64,000 nucleotides of DNA from Eledone cirrhosa (lineage: Eukaryota), in NCBI GenBank assembly GCA_964016885.1, contig OZ024743.1:250728001-250792000 (forward strand). Reading direction: 5' to 3'. Below, piece by piece: positions 53,497-64,000 of the stretch (position 1 is the stretch's first letter; each line of letters begins with the position of its first letter). A model generated the notes under the pieces. It did no database searches. It saw nothing but the letters and a program-made list of their open reading frames with translations, and was not told where the DNA came from. The position numbers and the translations under genes were made by a program.

Positions 53497-54025
53497 AGGC
53501 GTGTGGCTGAGTGGTTAGAGAATGGATTCGCAATCGTAAGGTTGTGAGTTCGATTCCTGGACCAGGCGATGCGTTATGTCCTTGAGCAAGACACTTTATT
53601 TCACGTTGCTCTTTCTACCTGGAGTTGCGACCGATAGATAGTATTAGCAATTGGAAAGACCAACGGAAACATTGTTCCCTCGGTCCGATTTGACGAAAGT
53701 CGATCGTCTTTATATATATATATATATATAAATGTATACAATCATATATGCATTTATTTGATTGCCATACATATATATGTGTTGCGTGCATGTGCATGTT
53801 GGTTTATAAGCATGAATGAGCATGCAATTAAACAGGTACATTGATACACACTGGTGTATGTGTGCTTATAAGCATTCATACACATAGATATGTACATATA
53901 AATATATAGCTATTTACATACACACTCACATATGAACACACATGTACGCATATATTTATATAAATGTGTATATATATATTTATATAAATATGTACGTCAT
54001 CATCATATATATATATATATATATA

Positions 54026-54630
54026 TTCCTTCCTTGCTCACATTTCAACCAGGTTTGATGGTCTTTATTCTCCCGTTCACGATTTCACCGAACTTAAATT
54101 CATAGAAATCTGACACTTGTCTCCTTCTTCCGCACCATTTTATTTGTTTACCCTCGCGTCCCCTTTATTTACGTGTCACAACGACTTTTTTTAACCGTTG
54201 CTCGCACCAACCGGAGGTATATGGTCTTTAAGAAGATCACTGATGAAGGACAAACTTTTTTCATATGTAACCCATTTGCAACTCCGCAGCGCCCTTATTA
54301 TCATATTTACACATATTTTTTCCTCTGCTGCTACACCATCTTTTTCGTTCTATGTATCTTTACCCTTTCTAGCAGTCTCTCTCTCTCTGTTAGCCTCTTC
54401 CTCACATCACGATTTCACCGAACTGAGGTGAGGAAGAGGCTAACAGAGAGAGAGACTGCTAGAAAGGGTAAAGATACATAGAACGAAAAAGACGGTGTAG
54501 CAGCAGAGGAAAAAATATGTGCTCAGCCGTCGGGGTCTTACTTGTTCCTATTACCCACTCTACTACCCTAAGTATTGAGTACATTGGTGCGTTATGGTCC
54601 ACCTGATTCCTTACCATATTTCCTTCGTTA
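54026..54630 (+). mobile_element. rearranged non-coding element in (TA)n with a ~95-bp inverted repeat (probable Penelope-type terminus)
   Basis: 54310-54405 is inverted at 54428-54521; an 18-mer is repeated at 54077 and 54407; an isolated CTGATGA lies at 54240. Confidence 0.55.
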
Positions 54631-54674
54631 TATATATATATATCATCTTCGAAAATGGACGTTAAACGAAGATG

Positions 54675-54724
<50 letters not shown>

Positions 54725-54806
54725 GTTATTCCGGGTTGAGTCGGAGGTAACCACAGTAAGTAAGGTACTCAATACATAGCAGAGTATAAAAGTTTTAATA
54801 TAGATG

Positions 54807-54857
54807 AGATTCTACAGGACTAGAACTGTTTCATTCATTAGAAATCATCAGGAATCT
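54807..54857 (-). ncRNA. type I hammerhead ribozyme motif in a probable Penelope-type terminal repeat (~54723-55310)
   Basis: Minus strand: AGATTC-CTGATGA-TTTC(TAAT)GAAT-GAAA-CAG(TTCTAGTC)CTG-TA-GAATCT. GUA site; one mismatch at the base of stem II. Confidence 0.8.
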
Positions 54858-55364
54858 GGGTATCAAAAAATAAAAATGGAATTTATAGGTCTCTACAAGT
54901 GGTAGGAGAGGATGGGGAGTGGGATGGGTGTAGGTCATTGGTTGATAGAAAAGGGAATTCATTAAAAGCTAATTCTACAAAGCTATAGTTTATTTTAATT
55001 TTATTTATGTTTTTAGAGTAACAAAGGCAGACAGAATTCTATAAACAGGTTCCGGATGGCATACCATTCCTTGTCATTAAGTTTCTCTTAAGCTAACAGA
55101 TGTCTATAAGATCAGTGGGGGGTCAGTCATGGTCCATAGAATTAAAGAAAAGGGAGATTCTTTAAAAGCTAAAGTCATTAAGGTTCTACTAAGTGACAAA
55201 GGTTTAGAGAATTCTGTAGACAGATTCAAAATACTGAGTGCATATCTTACAATTATCTTCGAACTTCTCTTAAACTAATCAACTATATGCCAAAAATCAA
55301 CAGACACATTCACAAAAAAATATACTCACTCACACACTCACGCGCAACCATAAACACACATACA

Positions 55365-56585
55365 TCATCATCATCATCATCATCAACGTTTAACGTCCGT
55401 GTTCCACGCTTGCATGGGTTTGGACGGGGGTAGTCCCACTTGAGGCAAGAGTGATTGTCTTGCTCGCATAGGACTGTCTGGCAGGTTTTCTACAGTTGGA
55501 TGCCCTTCCTAACACCAACCACATTTACAGTGTGGGTCTGGGAGGTTTTTACCGTGTTGCCTACACGGCCACATTACAGCATGGACTGTGTGTTTTTTTG
55601 TCGTGACACCTACACGATCTCATTTGTTTCGGCCTGGATGGCGCGGCACCAACATAACTTTACATAGAACGGGGTGGTGTGGGTGGGGTGGGGGTGGTGG
55701 GGGGTGGGACGGGGTGTATTTTGTTAGAGATGCCTACTGGCTGGAGTAGGTTTTACTATATATTTAGGTAAGGCGGGTCTTCTCTGTTACTGAGTACCGC
55801 CAAAGGTCTCGGTCCAGTGACATTGTCTTGGAGAGGTGTAAGTGTGTGATGTCGGAGTTTATCAGCTCGTCCCAGGTTTTTCTAGGTCTGCCTATTCCGT
55901 GACTACCGTCTATCTTTATTGCCCTGCACTTTGTTATACAGCTATCGACTTTCATGCGCATCACGTGTCCATACCAACGTAGCCTTCTCTCGAGTAAACA
56001 ACATCTGATCCCTCTTATCTCTAATTTTTTCCTTAGTTCGTTTATGCTTTGCCGTTCACGTATATTACTGTTACACATCCAGCGGAGCATGCAAGCTTCG
56101 TTCCTCTCTAGTCTGCGTATATCCTCTGCACACAATGCCCAGGTCTCACTGCCATGCAGCATTGCTGTTCGTATGCAGGCATCGTACAACCTGCCTTTCA
56201 TTTTTAGGGAGAACCCTTTAGCAGCTAATAGTGGTATAAGCTCTCTGAACTTTTTCCAACCAGTTCTGACTCTAGCTACAGTACTTTCAGAGCACCCTCC
56301 CCCACTGCTGATTTTATCGCCCAGGTAACGGAAGCTGTCCACTATTTCTATAGAACCCTCTGCGCAATTGAAAGAGCTAGTATTTTGTGGGCACTTGCTG
56401 CTACTTATTGCACCAGAACACCGGCCACATGTAAAATCTATGTTCTTAGTTAGCTTACCTGTGATCCCACTACATCTTTTATGCACCCATACTTTGCATT
56501 TAGGACATAAAATGGAGTTTCTATCTACGCCTTTCCTACACACCGAGCACGACCATTTCCCAGAAGGGATCGCCGCCTTGTTTTC
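55365..56585 (-). mobile_element. RTE LINE (second family), 5'-truncated
   Basis: ORF 55764..56744 from KENK onward: PHD-like finger, FRYLGD, HGSETW, RLRWYGH. The N-terminus of the called ORF is microsatellite. Confidence 0.9.
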
Positions 56586-56606
56586 TTTATATACATACAC
56601 ATACAT

Positions 56607-56661
<55 letters not shown>

Positions 56662-56826
56662 CACACACATATATATATACATACACACACACATACATAT
56701 ATATACACACACACACACACACATATATACACATATAAATACACTCACACACATACATACAAACACAAATATACATGTGTATACATATACACACAAATAC
56801 ACATAGATATATATACATATATATAC

Positions 56827-56911
<85 letters not shown>

Positions 56912-57034
56912 AACAAATATATACATATACATACACACACACACACATACATACATATATATATATACATATATATATACATATACACACACACACACAT
57001 ATACACATATATAAGGAAAAAGCACCATACATAC

Positions 57035-57065
<31 letters not shown>

Positions 57066-57068
57066 CAC

Positions 57069-57101
<33 letters not shown>

Positions 57102-57145
57102 TACACCATTCATACATATATTCATATATATATACATACACACAC

Positions 57146-57194
<49 letters not shown>

Positions 57195-57203
57195 CACATA
57201 TAC

Positions 57204-57236
<33 letters not shown>

Positions 57237-57322
57237 TATACACATACACATATACACACACACATACACATACATACATATATACACAAATACATATATA
57301 TATATATTTATATATATATATT

Positions 57323-57395
<73 letters not shown>

Positions 57396-57717
57396 ATATA
57401 TATAAATATATATCTATATAAAAACAAATAACGAAACGAAATTAAATTTCGTTTCGTTTGTAACTCACTTTTGTATGACTGACGCTTAAACAATTAAGTT
57501 AAAAAAAAATGTACATCCACATATGTATACTGAAATACTAGTATGCATATGATTACACACACGTATACATATGTAGATGTACCGAGTTTTTCATTGGTCA
57601 CTTTACTGTGAGTGTCCAGCTATTCTGTATGTAAACAAACAGACAAACCGGTTTTTAGAGTCATACTGGTTTTTTTAGGAAACACCTTTCCTCTATTCTT
57701 CAGAAAGCCAGACAAGG

Positions 57718-57762
57718 AATATTGAACTAGTTTCGATGTTGTTACATCTCATCAGCAATATT
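57718..57762 (-). ncRNA. minimal type I hammerhead ribozyme
   Basis: AATATTG-CTGATGA-GATGT(AACA)ACATC-GAAA-CTAG-TT-CAATATT (GUU site). Confidence 0.88.
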
Positions 57763-58336
57763 TACCTATCTTCCGGCCTCTCTAGAGAATCGTAAAAGCA
57801 CATATCGTTATATGCTTTTTCTATGAAAATTAGTAGTGGGCAGACTAATTTGCATAGAGCGTGAGTACGTACCGGTTCAACGGAGACGATAAAAACAAAT
57901 AACGAAACGAAATTAAATTTCGTTTCGTTTGTAACTCACTTTTGTATGACTGACGCTTAAACAATTAAGTTAAAAAAATGTACATCCACATATGTATACT
58001 GAAATACTAGTATGCATATGATTACACACACGTATACATATGTAGATGTACCGAGTTTTTCACTGGTCACTTTACTGTGAGTGTCCAGCTATTCTGTATG
58101 TAAACACACAGACAAACCGGTTTTTTTAACTTAATTGTTTAAGCGTCAGTCATACAAAAGTGAGTTACAAACGAAACGAAATTTAATTTCGTTTCGTTAT
58201 TTGTTTTTATCGTCTCCGTTGAACCGGTACGTACTCACGCTCTATGCAAATTAGTCTGCCCACTACTAATTTTCATAGAAAAAGCATATAACGATATGTG
58301 CTTTTACGATTCTCTAGAGAGGCCGGAAGATAGGTA

Positions 58337-58381
58337 AATATTGCTGATGAGATGTAACAACATCGAAACTAGTTCAATATT
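58337..58381 (+). ncRNA. minimal type I hammerhead ribozyme (inverted copy)
   Basis: aatattg ctgatga gatgtaacaacatc gaaa ctag tt caatatt, read directly on the + strand. Confidence 0.88.
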
Positions 58382-58636
58382 TCTTGTCTGGCTTTCTGGA
58401 GAATAGAGGAAAGGTGTTTCCTAAAAAAACCAGTATGACTCTAAAAACCGGTTTGTCTGTGTGTTTACATACAGAATAGCTGGACACTCACAGTAAAGTG
58501 ACCAGTGAAAAACTCGGTACATCTACATATGTATACGTGTGTGTAATCATATGCATACTAGTATTTCAGTATACATATGTGGATGTAGATTTTTTTAACT
58601 TAATTGTTATATCTATATATTTATATATATATATTT

Positions 58637-61004
58637 ATCATCATCATCATCATCATCATTTTACGTCCGCTTTTCCCTGCTTGCAAGGGTGGGACGGGTC
58701 TTATTCAGCACAGCATCTCTCCACTCGTCACGGTCCCTCGTCATCTCCACCGTGAGCTTCAATGATCTGAGGTCTGTTCTCACCACCTCCGCCCATGTTT
58801 TTCGTGGTCTACCTCTACCACGTCTTCCTTCAACTGGCATTTCCTGGCACTTCTTCACCCATCGGTCATCCTCCATGCGCATCACATGTCCATACCACCT
58901 CAGTCTCCTCTCCCGTACACTACATTCTATCCCTCTCAGACACAGTTTCTCTCTCAACACATTTATGCTGGGTCGTTCACGCACATTTACACTGCACATC
59001 CAACGGAGCATGCTTGCCTCATTTCTCTCCAGCCGTCGCATATCTTCTGCGGTAGCTGCCCATGTCTCACTACCATGCAGCATCGCGCTCCTCACACAGG
59101 CATCATACAACCGGCCTTTCGTACGCAGGGAGAAACCCTTCTTCGTCAACAGAGGAAGCAGCTCCCTAAACTTCTTCCAACCCGTCCTTATTCTAGATAC
59201 TATGGCCTCGGAACACCCTCCTCCCATGCTAATCTGATCTCCTAGGTACCGGAAGCTATCCACCACTTCTATAGCGCCCTCTCGCATTTGAAAAATGTGT
59301 CTATCAGTGCGACTTCTACTGTCTAATTTCCCTGTACATCTACTGCATACATGTTTCTCCCTACCTGTTAGTTTGCCTGCTATCCCGCTACATCTCTTGT
59401 GTACCCAGGACCTACATTGTGTGCATTTTATAGAATTTATGCCAGTTCCTTTTCTGCATATCGAACATGGCCATTTCCTTGATGGAATCAGGGTTTTGTC
59501 CTCTTTTCTACTCATCAACACTTTTGTCTTAGCTAGATTTACTCTCAGTCCTCTTGCTTCCAACTGCTGTTTCCATAGCCGGAATTTATTCTCTAGCTCC
59601 TCTACTGATTCTGCCATAAGAGCCAGATCGTCAGCATAGAGAAGTTTCCATGGACAGCCAGTCTTAAACTCCTCTGTTATGGCTTGGAGGACTATAATGA
59701 ACAAGAGCGGGCTGAGGACCGAACCCTGATGTACTCCTACTTGTATCTGGAATTCCTCACTAAACTCCATTCCTACCCTGACTTTACTGAGAGTACCTCT
59801 GTACAAAGTTTGCACTGTCCTTACAAGCCATTCCTCAACACCCAACTTCCTTAGGGACCACCAGATGACAGATCGGGGTACCCTATCAAAGGCCTTCTCT
59901 AGGTCAACAAAGGCTAAGTATAGTGGCTTATTCTTCTCTAAGAACCTCTCTTGCATTTGTCTCACCAAGAAGAGGGCATCTGTTGTACTCTTCCCAGGCA
60001 CAAAACCAAACTGCATCTCATCTAGTTTGACCCTTTCTCTAATTAGTTGTGCTAAAATCCTTTCTGCCACTTTCATAACCTGATCTATCAGTTTTATACC
60101 CCTATAATTGCTCCTCTCCAAAGCATCCCCTTTACCTTTGTAGCAATTTATGAGAATACTGCTGCACCAGTCTTTGGGTATGACACCACCATATATAGCC
60201 TGATTGATTATGCGTGCAACCAGTTTAGTGCCTACGTCCCCTGATGCCTTCAGCATCTCAGCAACTATTCCCGATGGTCCGGCCGCCTTACCATTTTTCA
60301 TTTCCCTAATCGCCTCTTGGACCCTATATTCGTCAATCTCAATAGCTGGTCCCTCTGTCGGATCTACCAAGGGTAATTTCTCTCTCTCCCATTCATTCTC
60401 CACATTCATCAGTCTCTCATAATGACATTTCCAGGCCTCCTTTTTCTGGTCATTCGTGACACTAAGTACAATGGCATCATCCCGGACACATTTATCACCA
60501 ACAACATCCTGATTTGCATTGACACACTGCCTTGCAATGTGGAACACCGCACGCCTCTGATCTTCCCGTCGCAGAACATTGGCAAACCTCCTACTCTCTG
60601 CCTCCCTGCGTGCTAAGTACACCTGACGTCTAGCTTCTCTCTTAGTGGCTGTATATTCTTCCCTACTCCCACCCTTATTCCAAGCCTTCCATGCTAGTCT
60701 TTTGTCTCTAATAGCCTTATCTACACTGCTGTTCCACCACCAGGTCACTCTCTGTCTGGTTGGAGCTCTGCTCCAGCCACAGGTTTCATCAGTAGCCTTC
60801 AGCAAGTTGTCACGTAAGAACTTCCAGTTATTATCTATGTCATACGTCTCTAAATCGTCTTCTTTTTCGTCATATACATCTTGAAGGGCTTTCCTAAATT
60901 TGAATTTTAGTGAAAGGTCTTTTAGCTTCCAGACCTTTCTTCTCCACACCTTCCTATATGTCTCATTCCATCTCTTGCTTACTGAGATATCACTAACAAC
61001 TAAC
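58637..61004 (-). mobile_element. RTE LINE, 5'-truncated at the end of APE, with an intact 762-aa RT frame
   Basis: ORF 58661..60949 is nearly identical to the 33123-35400 copy but lacks its frameshifts; (GAT)n tail. Confidence 0.95.
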
Positions 61005-61029
61005 TAAAATATATAAATATATAACTAAC

Positions 61030-61084
<55 letters not shown>

Positions 61085-61191
61085 GTATATATTTATATAT
61101 ATATTTATATATATATATATATTTAGATATATATTTATATATATATATATTTATATATATATTTATATATATATATATTTATATATATATT

Positions 61192-61224
<33 letters not shown>

Positions 61225-61910
61225 ATTTATATATATATATTTATATATATACATAAACAAATATATACATATACATACACACACACATACATACACATAT
61301 ATATATATACATATATATATACATATACACACACACACACATATACACATATATAAAACCAACCAAACAGTGAGTGTGTTCTGTTATTAATTCTGGCAAT
61401 ATTACACAAATATGACCCTCCCCAAGTATAACAATATATATATTTATATATATATATATATTTTTATATATTTATATTTATATATATTTATATATATATA
61501 TATTTATATATATATTTATATATATATATATTTATATATAATTATATATGGAGGCACATGGCTTAGTGGTTAGAGCAATCGAAAGGTTGTGAGTTCAATT
61601 CTCAGACTGGGTGATGTGTTGTTTCCTTGAGCAAGACACTTTATTTCACATTGCTCCAGTTTACTCAGCTGTAGAAATGAGATGATAGGGACTGAGTTCC
61701 CTATCATTCCACTGCAAAGTGGTCGTGGCGGTGCCACGGCAAAAAAGCACCCAGCACTCACTGTAAATGAGGTTCATGTTAGGAAGGGCATCCAGCTGTA
61801 GAAATCAAGCCAGAATCAGTTCCCGTCCCACCCTTGCTCGCAAGGAAAAGTGGACGTAAAATGATGATGATGATGATATATATTTATATATATATTTATA
61901 TATATATATT

Positions 61911-61959
<49 letters not shown>

Positions 61960-61961
61960 TT

Positions 61962-64000
61962 CATCATCATCATCATCATCACCGTTTTACGTCCGTTCTT
62001 CCACGCTAGCGTGGGTTAGACGGGTTGTCCTGTTGTAGGCAGTGTCTGGTTGGCTGACCATGCCTTGCTCATACAGGAACTGATTTGGCTTGATTTCTTC
62101 AGCTGGATGCCCTTCCTAACACCAAACTTATTTACAGTGAGTGCTGGGTGCTTTTTCGTGGCGCCTACACGTCCACTTTACAGTGTGGGCTGGGTGCTTT
62201 TTTGTCGTGGCACCTCCATGACCACCTTGCGGTGGGGGGTGTGGGGCATATTGTCTATATGCTTCAGCTTGTACCCATGGGAGGTCGGGTACTCTGTATT
62301 ACTGCGTGACGCCAGAAGTCACGGTCGTGTGTCATTGTCTTTGAGAGGTGTAATTGGGTAAGGTCGGCTTTTATCACCTTATCCCAGGTCATCTTGGGTC
62401 TCCCCACTCCGCGGTTTCCATCGACTTCTAGTGCTCTGCACCTTTTTATGCAACTGTTATCCTTCATACGCACCACATGTCCATACCAGCGCAACCGCCT
62501 CTCCTGCACACACCATTTGATTCCTCTTATGTTCAGTCTCTCTCTCAATTCATTTATGCTTTGTCGTTCACGTATATTACTGTTACACATCCATCGGAGC
62601 ATGCAGGCTTCGTTTCTCTCTAATCTCCGTAAGTCTTCCACCTTCAGCGCCCAGGTCTCACTACCATGCAACATCGCTGTTCGGATACACGCATCATACA
62701 GTCTGCCTTTCATTCTGAGGGAGAAGCCTTTTGCAGCTAGCAGTGGTAGTAGTTCCCCAAACTTCTTCCATCCCGTTCTTACCCTAGTTATTGTACTTTC
62801 TGAACACCCACCACCGCTGCTAATTCGGTCACCTAGGTAGCAGAAGCTGTCTACTGTTTCTACAGGGCCCTCCCAGAGATTGGTGGTACTTGTTTCTTGT
62901 GGCTGTTTGCTGCTTGCTGTCTCAGCACAGCTGCTGCATGTGAATCCTACATTCTTAATTAAGCTTCCTAAGATCCCGCTACATCTCTTGTGTACCCATT
63001 GTTTGCATTTGGGGCAGAGAATGGAGTTCCTACCTACACCTTTCCTACATACTGAGCAAGGCCATTTCCCTGAGGGGATCTGGGTTCTGTTTTCTCGTCT
63101 ACTTGCAAGGACCTTAGTCTTTGTCATGTTGACTTTGAGACCCTTTCTTTCTAGTTCCTGCTTCCAAGTTTGGATATTATTCTCTAGTTCTACCATAGAT
63201 TCAGCTATGAGTGTGAGGTCATCAGCATACAGGAGTTCCCATGGACATCCGGTCTTAAACTCCTCCGTTATTGCCTGCAGGACTATGATGAACAGGAGCG
63301 GGCTAAGAACAGAGCCCTGGTGGACCCCAACCTGTACGCTAAATACCTCGCTATACTCATTGCTAATCCTAACTTTGCTGATTGCTCCCCTATACATGGC
63401 TTGTACCGCTTTCACAAGCCATTCATCTACTCCTAGTTTTCTAAGAGCCCACCAGATTACAGCACGTGGAACTCTGTCAAAGGCTTTCTCAAGGTCGACA
63501 AATGCCAAGTAGAGTGGCTTACTTTTAGCTAGGTACTTTTCCTGTAATTGCCTCACAAGGAAGAGGGCATCAGTGGTGTCTTTTCCTGGTAAAAACCCCA
63601 ATTGCATCTCGTCTATTTTCACCGGTTCCTAATCAGCTGTGCTATAACTCTTTCTGTTACTTTCATGACCTGGTCCATCAACTTTATACCTCTATAGTTT
63701 CCTCTATCTAGTGCATCGCCTTTACCTTTGTAGCAGTTGACAATGATGCTACTGCACCAATCTTTTGGTATGGCACCTTCTAGTATTACCTGGTTAACGA
63801 TACGTGTGGTTATAGTGTGACCTACAGACCCAGATGCGTTCAGCATCTCGGCAGCTATACCCGATGGACCGGTTGCCTTCCCCATCTTCATATCTTTGAT
63901 TGCCTTACTTATTACGCTGCTGCTGACTTGTACTGCTGGTCCCTCTATAGGGTCTACTTGGGGTAGGGTCTCTTCTTCCCATGCATTCTCCTCATTTCGT
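61962..64000 (-). mobile_element. RTE LINE (related to the second family), runs off the window end
   Basis: ORFs 63619..63891 and 62264..63622 (GKATGP, NYRGI, QGSVLSP, LYADD, PHD-like finger, RLRWYGH) separated by one in-frame stop; long 3' UTR and (GAT)n tail. Confidence 0.92.

Larger units (their letters stand above)
57420..58608. mobile_element. second locus of the hammerhead-containing ~470-bp element: 471-bp unit, partial unit, ~490-bp inverted copy
   Basis: 57420.. is repeated from 57891; 58121-58608 is the reverse complement of ~57489-57977; TATATCTATATA on both flanks (57409-57420, 58608-58619). Confidence 0.85.

Overview
AT-rich eukaryotic (animal) DNA made almost entirely of repeats. 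The SINE families, RTE LINEs and dense (TA)n/(CA)n/(GA)n microsatellites point to a cephalopod, probably Octopus; this is an inference. No complete host gene is recognisable, only a few weak micro-exon candidates on the + strand, so the window may lie inside long introns. Mobile elements: two 5'-truncated Penelope-like elements (Naiad-type RT plus C-terminal GIY-YIG), three RTE-clade LINE families (one near full length), a decayed L1/Tx1 LINE, CRE and R4/Dong fragments, a DD37D maT transposon, a mariner relic, piggyBac-type TTAA MITEs, many tRNA-type SINEs and minisatellites. The most notable signal is a set of non-coding elements inserted in (TA)n tracts that carry type I hammerhead ribozyme motifs (five clear, several decayed). 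Several show tandem plus fold-back (palindromic) architecture. These include two related ~470-bp-unit loci that break at the same ACCGG site and a perfect hairpin apparently centred on a hammerhead stem II. Most short ORFs in the track are microsatellite or antisense artefacts.
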